From Alphaproteobacteria bacterium UBA1301 (GTDB taxonomy: Bacteria; Pseudomonadota; Alphaproteobacteria; Micropepsales; Micropepsaceae): 64,000 bases of DNA. The stretch spans positions 136,003 to 200,002 of the forward strand of contig DBUB01000007.1 of assembly GCA_002307725.1 (NCBI GenBank), read 5' to 3'. Shown in pieces: positions 1 through 8,529 of the stretch; within the stretch, counting starts at the first letter, position 1, and each line of letters begins with the position of its first letter. The notes under the pieces were generated by a model. The model was given only the letters and a program-made list of their open reading frames with translations, was not told the origin of the DNA and did not search any database. The position numbers and the translations under genes were made by a program.

Positions 1-796
1 AATAGGAGAACTGGATGATCCACATCGCACCGGCGACTGTGGCGATGCCCGGCAGGTATTTGTAGTAGGGATTGGTCGGTTCGAGCACCATGTCGAAATG
101 CTCAGGCATCTCGGTCATCAGCGTATTGAAACCGACAATGAGGCCGTAGAAACCGCCCGGCGCGCCGATTGTTGCGGCGACTTTTTCAAGCGCAAAGACC
201 GCGATACCGATGCCGCCCAAGACGAGCATGCCAACCTGCACCACGTCGGTGAAGTGGGTCGCCTTGAGGCCGACATAGAGCGCGTAATTCCCGGCGACGA
301 GGCCGAGCAGGATGACACATACCCACATGTCCAGCCGCGGCATGACGACGTGTACGGCGGTCGCGCCCAGCCACATGACTGCAGTCAGCATGACGAACGT
401 GTAGAGCACGATCCAGAGCAGCGCCATCGTCACTTGCGTCTTCGGCCCGTATCGTAGGCGTAGGAATTGCGGCATGGTGGAGATCTGGTTTTTTAGGAAC
501 ACCGGCAGGAAGTACTTGCCGATCACCACCATGGCGAAGGCGGCAAGCCATTCGTAGCCGGCAATGGCGATGCCGACGGCGTAAGCCGAGCCCGACATGC
601 CGATGATCTGTTCGGCGGAGATGTTGGCGGCAATCAGCGAAGCGCCGATCGCCCACCACGGCAATGCGCGCGCCGACGGCGTATTGTCGATATCATCATC
701 GCCGAGCCGTTCACCGCGCTGGAACAGATGCGCGACCGCCAGCACAGTCATGGCGTAGAGGATAACGACGACGAAGTCCAAAAAACCTAAATGCAT
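1..796 (-). CDS. sodium:solute symporter (SSS) family transporter, N-terminal ~265 aa; 3' end lies beyond the window
   Basis: Absent from the ORF track because it runs off the left edge. Manual translation of the minus strand from ATG at 796-794 gives MHLGFLDFVVVILYAMTVLAVAHLFQRGERLGDDDIDNTPSARALPWWAIGASLIAANISAEQIIGMSGSAYAVGIAIAGYEWLAAFAMVVIGKYFLPVFLK... and stays open to position 1. The hydrophobic helices and the WWxIGxSxxAxNxSxEQxxG region are typical of SSS symporters. Confidence 0.7.
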   Translation of the reverse strand, partial: MHLGFLDFVVVILYAMTVLAVAHLFQRGERLGDDDIDNTPSARALPWWAIGASLIAANISAEQIIGMSGSAYAVGIAIAGYEWLAAFAMVVIGKYFLPVFLKNQISTMPQFLRLRYGPKTQVTMALLWIVLYTFVMLTAVMWLGATAVHVVMPRLDMWVCVILLGLVAGNYALYVGLKATHFTDVVQVGMLVLGGIGIAVFALEKVAATIGAPGGFYGLIVGFNTLMTEMPEHFDMVLEPTNPYYKYLPGIATVAGAMWIIQFSY

Positions 797-964
797 GGCG
801 GAAGCCCCCGGACCGTGCCATGTGGTGCCGAATCAGACGATGATGTTAACGTTATCTGTGGCGATGCCTACGTATCGTTGGCAATTTGCCACGACAATTA
901 TTGTAAATGCATCAACGGCGCCGTTATTGCCGCGGACATTAAGGAGGGGTTAAGAACGCCACCC

Positions 965-1771
965 ATGAATTACCGTCACGCCTACCACGCCGGGAATTTT
1001 GCCGATGTCGTCAAGCATCTTGCGGTGGTCAGTGTACTCCACCACTTGCGCAAGAAAAATACCGCTTTCGCGGTAATCGACAGTCATGCCGGTTGTGGTG
1101 CTTACAATCTTACCGGCCCCGAGGCGTCCCGCACTGGTGAGGCGGCCGAGGGCATTGCTCGTCTGACAAATGTAAGTGGTGGCCCGGCCACGCTTACAAC
1201 CTATCTGGAGCTGGCAAGCGGCGCGCGCTATCCTGGCTCGCCGTTGCTGGCCGCCCAGCTTTTGCGACCACAGGACCGTCTTGTTGCGATCGAAAAGCAC
1301 CCCGCAGCTGCCGCCGCGCTGGCTATGACCTTGCAGCCCTATGCCAAGGCGCGGGTGGAGGTCGCCGACGGCTATTGCCGCCTCCTTGCTCTGGTGCCGC
1401 CACCAGAGCATCGCGGCCTCGTCTTGATCGATCCGCCGTATGAATCGCCCGACGAATTTCGCGACGCAGCCAGCGCGGTGACGGCCGCCTATCGTCGCTT
1501 CGCCACCGGCATTTATCTGATTTGGTTCCCGATCAAATCGGCCGCTGAAGCGAACGGCTTTTGCGGCGAAGTTCTAGCCTCAGGCGCGGCAAAAGTGCTG
1601 CGTATCGACGTCACCCGCCGCCACGCGGTCGAAGGCAAGCTCAACGCCGCCGGTCTGTTGGTGCTCAATCCGCCCTGGCAGTTCGAATTGGACATGCGTG
1701 CCAGCCTCGACCTCATCCTGCCGCGCCTGGAATGTGACGCGCGCTTCGATTGGCTGGCGGGGGGGACGTAA
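965..1771 (+). CDS. rlmJ: 23S rRNA (adenine2030-N6)-methyltransferase RlmJ
   Basis: ORF 791..1771 trimmed to the internal ATG at 965. MNYRHAYHAGNFADVVKHLAVVSVL...IDSHAG...VLIDPPYE...IWFPIK is the characteristic RlmJ (DUF519) sequence; the upstream 58 aa look non-coding. Confidence 0.85.
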   Translation: MNYRHAYHAGNFADVVKHLAVVSVLHHLRKKNTAFAVIDSHAGCGAYNLTGPEASRTGEAAEGIARLTNVSGGPATLTTYLELASGARYPGSPLLAAQLLRPQDRLVAIEKHPAAAAALAMTLQPYAKARVEVADGYCRLLALVPPPEHRGLVLIDPPYESPDEFRDAASAVTAAYRRFATGIYLIWFPIKSAAEANGFCGEVLASGAAKVLRIDVTRRHAVEGKLNAAGLLVLNPPWQFELDMRASLDLILPRLECDARFDWLAGGT

Positions 1772-1993
1772 GGTTCAAAATCAGCGGTGCCACGGCGCGG
1801 GTGGACCCCGTCGGCGTCGTGTCGTGGCAGGCGGCATAACGGCCGTGACGCAGTTTCTTCTTGTCCAACGTCCCCAAGGACATGTAGAACCGCGCGCTCA
1901 AACCAGGGTCCCCGGCCGATTTGGCCAAAGGTTCCTGTTTGTTCTCATTGCGTTCCGCAGCGTTCCTCTGGAATATGGCGGAATGTGCGCCGC

Positions 1994-2083
1994 GGACAGG
2001 TGGCAGAGTGGTCGAATGCACCGCACTCGAAATGCGGCGTACGGGAAACCGTACCGGGGGTTCGAATCCCTCCCTGTCCGCCA
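1994..2083 (+). tRNA. tRNA-Ser (anticodon CGA)
   Basis: GGACAGGTGGCAGAGTGGTCGAATGCACCGCACTCGAAATGCGGCGTACGGGAAACCGTACCGGGGGTTCGAATCCCTCCCTGTCCGCCA. Has a 7-bp acceptor stem, anticodon stem CCGCA/TGCGG with loop CTCGAAA, a long variable arm, a TTCGAAT T-loop and an encoded CCA. Confidence 0.9.
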
Positions 2084-2103
2084 TTCCTTTCTAGGGGTGG
2101 TTT

Positions 2104-2730
2104 ATGGCTGACCTTCAGGCTCTTCACGAGGCAATCCTGACGGGGAATGCCGCGACCGCCAAAACCATCACCGAGTTCGCGTTGAAGGATGGCGCCGCAC
2201 CGCTCGCGCTGGTGCAGGACGTGATGATGCCGGCGATGGACGAGGTCGGTAAAAAGTTCGAAGCCAACGAATATTTCGTGCCTGAGCTTCTGCTCGCGGC
2301 CCGCGCCATGAAGGCCTGTCTCGAACTGATCCGCCCCTTACTCGCGGCCGGCGGCATCGAACCGGCGGGCAAGATCGTCATTGGCACCGTCAAGGGCGAC
2401 CTGCACGACATCGGCAAGAACCTGGTGGCGGCGATGCTAGAAGGCGGCGGCTATGAGGTGATCGACCTCGGCGTCAACGTCGATCCGGCCAAGTTCGTGC
2501 GCGCGGTCAAGGAGAAGGGGGCTGGGATCGTGGCGCTGTCGGCGCTGCTCACCACCACCATGCCGGCGATGAAGACGACCATCGACGCGATCAAAAACGC
2601 GGGGCTACGCGAATCCGTCAAGATCATGGTCGGCGGTGCGCCGGTGACCGAATCCTACGCCAAGGAAATCGGCGCCGACGGCTATAGCCAGAACGCCGCC
2701 GGTGCGGTGATGCTGGCGCGCGGGCTTTAA
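2104..2730 (+). CDS. corrinoid (cobalamin-binding) protein of a methyltransferase system (MtbC/MtmC/MetH-B12-domain-like)
   Basis: 208 aa with an N-terminal B12-binding cap helix bundle. Carries the DxHxxG motif (GDLHDIGKN), SALLTTT and MVGGAP motifs of the B12-binding Rossmann domain. Starts 20 nt after the tRNA-Ser. Confidence 0.85.
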   Translation: MADLQALHEAILTGNAATAKTITEFALKDGAAPLALVQDVMMPAMDEVGKKFEANEYFVPELLLAARAMKACLELIRPLLAAGGIEPAGKIVIGTVKGDLHDIGKNLVAAMLEGGGYEVIDLGVNVDPAKFVRAVKEKGAGIVALSALLTTTMPAMKTTIDAIKNAGLRESVKIMVGGAPVTESYAKEIGADGYSQNAAGAVMLARGL

Positions 2731-2733
2731 GAC

Positions 2734-4176
2734 CTAAAACCTCATTTCTTCGGCAAACGTGTCCTGGAACTGCGGCTCTTCACTCAGCGGCACGTAGTCG
2801 ATTTTCTTTGCCAGCGTTTCGAAATCCACCATCTCTTGGAACAGTGCACGCTTGGCGCCTTTCAGGGCCGTATTGCCGGCTGGCACGATGCACTCCGGAT
2901 CGATGCGCAACAGCCCGATCCGCACCGCGCTGGTCCGGTTGATGGCATTGCCGAAAGCCCCGGCGAGATAAAGCATATCAAGCTCTGCCGGGGTCGCGTT
3001 GAACCGTGCAGTAAGAAGTTTCAGTCCCGCTGCGATAGCGCCTTTGGCAAGTTGCAGTTCGCGCACATCCCGTGGCGTCAGCACAACATCATCCGAAAGA
3101 GGCCAGTCGCATTCAAGCCATCCGTTCGGTGTAATGATGCCCAAGTCCAATCCCGCCGCGACCGCATCGACCAAACCCGAGCCGCAAATTCCCCGTGCCG
3201 TGCCACCGCCGATTACCCGGCAGGTCTCATTCGCCTCCACCGCATCGATGGCGCCGGTTGCGGCCCGCATGCCGTGGGTGATCCGCGCTCCTTCGAACGC
3301 CGGTCCCGCTGCCGTGGAGGTGCACAGCATTTTGCCGCCCTGCGCCACCACGACTTCGCCATTGGTTCCGAGATCGACGAGGGCTACCAAGCCGCGCCTT
3401 TGCGCAAGACCCGTCGCCATCACCCCCGCCAGTACGTCGCCGCCGACCAAGCCACCGATGCACGGCAACACTTCCACTGCTGCATCCGTTGGCCAGCCGA
3501 GGTCGGCGCCCGCGAAGTGCAACGTTTCGGGATGGTGTGGCAGGAACGGATGCGTTGCTAGCGGTGTGATATCGAGCCCGCCGAAGGAATGATGCATGGC
3601 GCTGTTGCCTGCCACCACGATCTGGCGCGCATCGCTCGAAAGCTCAGTCACCATCGCGCCGATCTGGACGCGGATCAGCGCCGTCAATTCGCTCGCCCCG
3701 CCCGTCATCGCATACGCCGCCCGCGACAACACGTCGGCACCGTGCCGGGCTTGCGTGTTGAGCGCGGTCTTCGCCGCCAGTACCTGTCCGGTCGTCAAAT
3801 CGAGTAGTTGCGCCGCAATCGTCGTGGTGCCGAGATCGACCGCAATGCCGAGCCCCGCGTGCGGGGTAAAGACAAAATCCTCCGCATCGCCAAGGACCGC
3901 CATCTCCCATTGCGCCAGTTCCAGCGTGACGTCGCCGCCGGCCGCGTGCCGGCACGCCAGCCGCCAGCCGTTGCGCAACTCGGTTTCGGAAAACGCGGCA
4001 CGATCATCCGCCGATGATATCATCTCGCCGTCAACCACCCGCACCCGGCAGCCTTTGCAGCGGCCGCGTCCGCCGCAGGGAAACTCGACGCCGGCACCGA
4101 ACAGCACATCGCGCAGCGGCGTTCCCGCAGCCGCCTCCAGCCGGAGCCCCATCGGTGCGAGGGTGATCGTCGTCAT
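2734..4176 (-). CDS. reductive activator of corrinoid enzymes (RamA/RACo-like: N-terminal 2Fe-2S ferredoxin + ASKHA ATPase domain, DUF4445)
   Basis: 480 aa. The N-terminus has plant-type ferredoxin cysteines (FPCGGRGRCKGCRV...LACR). The rest has ASKHA-fold glycine-rich motifs (DLGTTT, DLGTNGE, GICGSG). Confidence 0.8.
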   Translation of the reverse strand: MTTITLAPMGLRLEAAAGTPLRDVLFGAGVEFPCGGRGRCKGCRVRVVDGEMISSADDRAAFSETELRNGWRLACRHAAGGDVTLELAQWEMAVLGDAEDFVFTPHAGLGIAVDLGTTTIAAQLLDLTTGQVLAAKTALNTQARHGADVLSRAAYAMTGGASELTALIRVQIGAMVTELSSDARQIVVAGNSAMHHSFGGLDITPLATHPFLPHHPETLHFAGADLGWPTDAAVEVLPCIGGLVGGDVLAGVMATGLAQRRGLVALVDLGTNGEVVVAQGGKMLCTSTAAGPAFEGARITHGMRAATGAIDAVEANETCRVIGGGTARGICGSGLVDAVAAGLDLGIITPNGWLECDWPLSDDVVLTPRDVRELQLAKGAIAAGLKLLTARFNATPAELDMLYLAGAFGNAINRTSAVRIGLLRIDPECIVPAGNTALKGAKRALFQEMVDFETLAKKIDYVPLSEEPQFQDTFAEEMRF

Positions 4177-4901
4177 GCTTCCTCGCTCAACCGGTCGCCG
4201 CCCATCAGTCCGACGTTGTGCCCCGGCCGCACGACCAGAAATTCCCTATCCGGCCACACCCCTGTGAGCAGGCGGCGCAGCCAGCCGGTATCCCCTTCGA
4301 GACGATGGTACTGCAAGCCGCGCTTTGCGGCGATATTGCGGGCGTCTGCCTCTGCTATGGTGCTCTCCGGGATATCCGTAGCGATATAAGCAAGGCGCTT
4401 ATAGTGCTTGGTGAAGCCTTCCATCTCGCCCATTAGGTAGGCTGCCGCTTCTTCGCCGTAACGTGCCGCCAGCCGTTCGAAGTGAACATTGGAATTGGGT
4501 CCGAAAGTGAATTCCGCTTGGTATTCATCGCGGGCCGCGCGCAGCCATCCGGCGCTTTGGAAATAGGTGCCAGGCTCGTCCTCCAAGGCGTCGAGGTAGC
4601 GCTTGTTCGCGCCCAGCAGAAGGCCGATGCAATCAAGCGCCCGCGGGATAACGAGCGGAATATCCCGCGCAAAAATGCCGACCACGCCGTGATTGCACAG
4701 GCCATAGCCGATGGCGATGGCGTCGCAATCGGTGGTGATGTCGATGGCATTCTGCAAGGCGCGGCGCAGTGCTTCGCTTGAGCGTTCATGCAGCGCCATT
4801 TTGAGATGCTGAAAGGAAATATCGCTGTTACAGCTTTCAGCAAGCATCTCGAGTTCAGGGCGCAAACTCGGGCAGGTAATGACGCTGAGGCGCGCCGTCA
4901 T
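4173..4901 (-). CDS. DUF1638 domain-containing protein
   Basis: ORF 4173..5156 trimmed to MTARLSVITCPSLRPELEML... at 4901. This start overlaps the upstream gene's stop as ATGA (4898-4901). The upstream 85 aa are Arg-rich shadow sequence. DUF1638 is recurrently linked to corrinoid methyltransferase loci. Confidence 0.75.
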   Translation of the reverse strand: MTARLSVITCPSLRPELEMLAESCNSDISFQHLKMALHERSSEALRRALQNAIDITTDCDAIAIGYGLCNHGVVGIFARDIPLVIPRALDCIGLLLGANKRYLDALEDEPGTYFQSAGWLRAARDEYQAEFTFGPNSNVHFERLAARYGEEAAAYLMGEMEGFTKHYKRLAYIATDIPESTIAEADARNIAAKRGLQYHRLEGDTGWLRRLLTGVWPDREFLVVRPGHNVGLMGGDRLSEEA

Positions 4902-5779
4902 GCCCGTTTCAGCATCGCTTTCACGCCGCGGATGAAATCGGGCGAGGTGCCGCAACAGCCGCCGATGAAACTGGCGCCAGCTGCGATTACCGCGGGCACG
5001 TGCGCGGCGAAGTTCTCTGCCGTGGTGGCGTAGACGGTCTTGCCGTTCTCGATGGTGGGAAGGCCTGCATTGGCCTTGATCCACACCGGCAGGCCCTGGC
5101 TGGCCGCTTTGAGCCGGGCGCAGATGGCGACGAACCCGGCGATGCCTTGGCCGCAATTGGCGCCGATCACGTCGGCCCCGGCCCTGACAAGTGCTTCGGC
5201 GGCTTGTTCGGGCGTGGTGCCCATCATGGTGCGGTCGAGGTCTTTGCCGGAATCGAACACCATGGTCGCCACCACCGGTAGTCCGGTCACCTTGGCGGCG
5301 GCAATTGCAATCGCCGCTTCTTGGATGTCCTGCATTGTTTCGATCACGATGCCGTCGGGCCCCGCCCCGGCGATCGCTTCGGCCTGTTCGGCGAAAGCCG
5401 CCGTCAGATCGTCTTCGTTGATGTCGCCGCTGATCAGCAGCTTACCGCTCGGCCCGATCGAGGCGAACACCAGGGCGTCATCACCCGCCGCTTTCTTCGA
5501 CAGGGCGACGCCCGCCGTATTGATCTCGCGTACCTTGTCCGCCGCATCGGCTTCGGCCAGGCGGAAGCGGTTGGCGCCGAAGGTATTGGTGAGAATGATC
5601 TGCGAGCCCGCCGCGACATAAGCCGCTGCTACCGCCGTCACAGCGTTGGGATTGGACAGATTCCAAAGATCGGGGACGTCGCCTGGCATGAGCCCGCGCG
5701 CCTGCAATTGTGTGCCCCACGCTCCATCGGTGATGACGGGCGCATGCTGGACGAGTTTGTCGATAAACGGGTGGGACAT
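4898..5779 (-). CDS. homocysteine S-methyltransferase domain protein (MetH N-terminal-module-like, zinc site intact)
   Basis: 293 aa. DGAWGTQL, ILTNTFGAN, GANCG and GGCCGT motifs (the Cys/Cys-Cys zinc ligands) match the S-methyltransferase (Hcy-binding) domain. Confidence 0.85.
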   Translation of the reverse strand: MSHPFIDKLVQHAPVITDGAWGTQLQARGLMPGDVPDLWNLSNPNAVTAVAAAYVAAGSQIILTNTFGANRFRLAEADAADKVREINTAGVALSKKAAGDDALVFASIGPSGKLLISGDINEDDLTAAFAEQAEAIAGAGPDGIVIETMQDIQEAAIAIAAAKVTGLPVVATMVFDSGKDLDRTMMGTTPEQAAEALVRAGADVIGANCGQGIAGFVAICARLKAASQGLPVWIKANAGLPTIENGKTVYATTAENFAAHVPAVIAAGASFIGGCCGTSPDFIRGVKAMLKRA

Positions 5780-5953
5780 AGCCGACCCCCCAGAGTGGCT
5801 CCTGAGTCAGACCATGGCCCAAGCGCCGGTTCAATGCACGTCCTGTCGCAGCGGGACCGCTACCAATTCCTGTGAAACGGTCATTTTCCGGGATTGTGCC
5901 CGGTCGCAGCCGGGCCCATTGTCCGCTCCAAAACCGGATCAGAGGGGGCGAAT

Positions 5954-6994
5954 ATGCACGACAGGCATTGGGCGGAGCTTAAGGCGGCGATTGCTGGCGA
6001 ACCGGCGTCGACGATTCCTATCGGCTTCATCATCGATTGCCCCTGGCTGCCGAATTGGTACGGCGTCAACCTGATCGACTACTTCCAGAGCGACGACGTT
6101 TGGTTCGAAGCCAACAAAAAGGCGATCGAGACCTTCCCGGATATTATGTTCCTGCCTAGCTTCTGGTCGGAATTCGGCATGTGCACCGAGCCGAGCGCGT
6201 TTGGCGTCAAATGCCAGTTCCCGGAAAACGAATTCCCGTTTGCGCAGAAATGCATCCAGAACGAGGATGACGTCGACAATCTGGAAGTCCCCAATGTCGA
6301 GACCGACGGGTTGTTGCCGTTCATGCTCAACCGGCTGACGCGCAACCGTTCCCGCATCGAGAAGATGGGACACAAGATCCGCTTCTCGGTCAGCCGCGGG
6401 CCGCTCAATATCGCCAGCTTCCTGATGGGCACGACCGAGTTCCTGATGATGCTCGGCACCGATCCCGAGCGCACCCATCGCCTGCTCAAGCTGATCACCG
6501 AATACCTGATCGCCTGGCATGTGCGCCAGCGCGAGGCGATCGACACTATCGACGGCATGCTGGTGCTCGACGACATCGTCGGCTTCATCTCCGAGGCCGA
6601 TTATCTCCAGTTCGCTCATCCGTATCTGAAGGAACTGTTCGACCAGCCGGTGGCGGTCAAGATATTCCACAATGACGCCGATTTCCGTCAGTCGGTGAAG
6701 CATTATCCCGATCTCGGCGTGAATCTCTACAACCCCGGCGTCCACATGACGATGGAGCAAATCCACGAGGCGACCAGCCATCGCATGACCATCCTCGGCA
6801 ACATCCCGCCGCGTGACGTGCTCGCCGCTGGTTCCCCTGATGACGTGCGCGCCGCGGTGAAGAAGATGCTGGCCGAGACCAAAGACCATTCGCGGATTCT
6901 GGCGTCGTGCGGTGGCGGCATGCCTCCCAGTGTCACCACCGAGAATATCCGTGCGTTTGTCGAAGCGGTGAATGGCTCTAAGGCAACGGTTTGA
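5954..6994 (+). CDS. uroporphyrinogen-decarboxylase (URO-D) family methyltransferase (MtaA/MtbA/CmuA-type corrinoid methyltransferase)
   Basis: ORF 5894..6994 trimmed to the ATG at 5954, preceded by AGAGGGGG (5941-5948). 346 aa with URO-D-fold features (GFIIDCPW, RGPLNIASFLMGTTEFLMML, ILASCGGGMPP). Confidence 0.75.
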   Translation: MHDRHWAELKAAIAGEPASTIPIGFIIDCPWLPNWYGVNLIDYFQSDDVWFEANKKAIETFPDIMFLPSFWSEFGMCTEPSAFGVKCQFPENEFPFAQKCIQNEDDVDNLEVPNVETDGLLPFMLNRLTRNRSRIEKMGHKIRFSVSRGPLNIASFLMGTTEFLMMLGTDPERTHRLLKLITEYLIAWHVRQREAIDTIDGMLVLDDIVGFISEADYLQFAHPYLKELFDQPVAVKIFHNDADFRQSVKHYPDLGVNLYNPGVHMTMEQIHEATSHRMTILGNIPPRDVLAAGSPDDVRAAVKKMLAETKDHSRILASCGGGMPPSVTTENIRAFVEAVNGSKATV

Positions 6995-7655
6995 CGCCGT
7001 CCCGTTCGACGATGACGCCATAGGTCGACAGTTTTCCGTCCGCACCCGTCATGGCATAGAGCGACACCGCCTTGCCCGGCTCAAGCCACGAGCGATCGCC
7101 CAGGACCCAGGCCATCACCGGCGTCGCAGGCGTGACCAAGACTTCGGCATCGCCGGTGCAGCCGCCTTTGCCGGGTGCCGGGGCGTGGCCACTGCAGATG
7201 CCGAGCGCGTTGGCGGCCGCGGCATGGAAGTTGAGCTTTAAGGTGCCGCCTTTGCCTTTGACGGTGGTGGCGGCCTCGGTGACGGTGCCGTTGATGCGGC
7301 TCTGGTCGGGCTTGTCGCCAGGATACTGGCCTTCACCGAAGCCGCGTAAGGGTTCAGGAAAGACGCGCACTTCTTTGGCCTTCAACTTGCCGTCCTTGCC
7401 GGCCGCCGCGGTCAAAGCGACGAAATCGTTTTGCTGGATGGCGTTGAAGGCGCTCTGCGTATTGGCGATCACCTTGGCCTCGGGCACCAGAGCCACCACA
7501 ACAGTTGCGCCCTTGGCCGTCTTCAGCGTTAGCACCGGGGCTGCGAACGAAACGATCGTGCCAGTGATGTGTTGCGGTGGCGCCGGAGCCGGAGCCTGGG
7601 CCGCCGCAGGTGCGGCGATCAGCGCCACGAGCATCGCGAAAGTGGCAACGCGCAT
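6978..7655 (-). CDS. secreted hypothetical protein
   Basis: ORF 6978..7712 trimmed to MRVATFAMLVALIAAPAAAQA (a signal peptide with an AQA cleavage motif). 3' end overlaps the convergent URO-D-family gene by 17 nt. Confidence 0.6.
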   Translation of the reverse strand: MRVATFAMLVALIAAPAAAQAPAPAPPQHITGTIVSFAAPVLTLKTAKGATVVVALVPEAKVIANTQSAFNAIQQNDFVALTAAAGKDGKLKAKEVRVFPEPLRGFGEGQYPGDKPDQSRINGTVTEAATTVKGKGGTLKLNFHAAAANALGICSGHAPAPGKGGCTGDAEVLVTPATPVMAWVLGDRSWLEPGKAVSLYAMTGADGKLSTYGVIVERDGVKPLP

Positions 7656-7717
7656 CAAGTCCCCTCCCTCAAAGCAGTATGGGAAGGTGCGCGTATCGGC
7701 GCCAATCCGCAAGACGC

Positions 7718-8461
7718 CTAATGCTTGGCGCTGAGCGGTTTGCGGAATTTCAGAACGAACTGGTCGGTATGGCCGCGGATCGCCGGATCGAACACCGCCA
7801 GGGTATGCGTATCGGCCGGATTGCGCAGCACATCGCTTTCACCCGCCAGCTCGAATCCGGCCGCCGTTACTTCGGCCTTCACGGTGGCTTCGTCGATACG
7901 GTGCAAGGTGTTGGTATCGCGCACGCCCGAACCAGGCTCCGCGGCATGATCGAGCACGATATAGGTTCCGCCGGGTTTCAGCGCCGCGAAGGCCGCCTTG
8001 TTGACCGCTGCCGTATCCGCCACGCCGCCGTTCTTGAGATCGTGATAGTTCTGCGACGTCCAGATGACGTCGAGTTTCTCCGGCACCGAAAGAGTGGTCA
8101 CACTCGCCCGCACCACCGTCACATTGGGATAGGCCGCCGCCACCGCCTTTACCGGCGGCTCTTTGCCTTTCAAGAAATTGTCGAACTCGGTCGGCTGATA
8201 AGCATAGACTTTGCCTTCGGGGCCCACCGCAGCGGCGAACAGGCGGGTGAAATAGCCTCCGCCGGGCATCAGGTCCATCACCTTCGTGCCGGAGCGCACA
8301 CCGGCAAAAATGAGCATGTCAACAGGTTTGCGCGCCGCGTCGCGCGCGGTGTCGGTGGCCGGGCGCCTGGTGTCGCTGAGGATGGAGGCGAGATCGGAAC
8401 CCGCTGCCATCGCCGCCACTGCGAAAGTCGTGCATAGGGCGAATATCCAGTTGCGCATCAT
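7718..8461 (-). CDS. class I SAM-dependent methyltransferase-fold protein with N-terminal signal peptide
   Basis: 247 aa. Signal-like MMRNWIFALCTTFAVAAMAAG, then the VMDLMPGGGYFT glycine-rich SAM motif I and LKPGGTYIVLDH. Confidence 0.7.
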   Translation of the reverse strand: MMRNWIFALCTTFAVAAMAAGSDLASILSDTRRPATDTARDAARKPVDMLIFAGVRSGTKVMDLMPGGGYFTRLFAAAVGPEGKVYAYQPTEFDNFLKGKEPPVKAVAAAYPNVTVVRASVTTLSVPEKLDVIWTSQNYHDLKNGGVADTAAVNKAAFAALKPGGTYIVLDHAAEPGSGVRDTNTLHRIDEATVKAEVTAAGFELAGESDVLRNPADTHTLAVFDPAIRGHTDQFVLKFRKPLSAKH

Positions 8462-8529
8462 ATCTTCTCTCCTTGTGGTGTGGCAAAATATGACATGGAA
8501 GACGCAGAAGCGTCTGCACGCGAGTATCC

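Noticed and set aside
791-964. Upstream extension of rlmJ (track ORF start 791)
   Set aside because: The first 58 codons have no RlmJ homology and overlap the symporter start region. The conserved RlmJ N-terminus MNYRHAYHAGN begins at 965.
5939-7045. 368-aa minus-strand ORF opposite the URO-D-family gene. Similar long antisense ORFs lie at 8458-9486, 13903-14718, 17434-18648, 24103-25047, 29115-30038, 38095-38997, 47651-48580, 50997-52109, 55330-56166 and 56937-57938.
   Set aside because: All have Arg/Gly/His/Asp-rich low-complexity translations. Each lies exactly antisense to a gene with a strong family signature. High-GC genomes generate such shadow ORFs.
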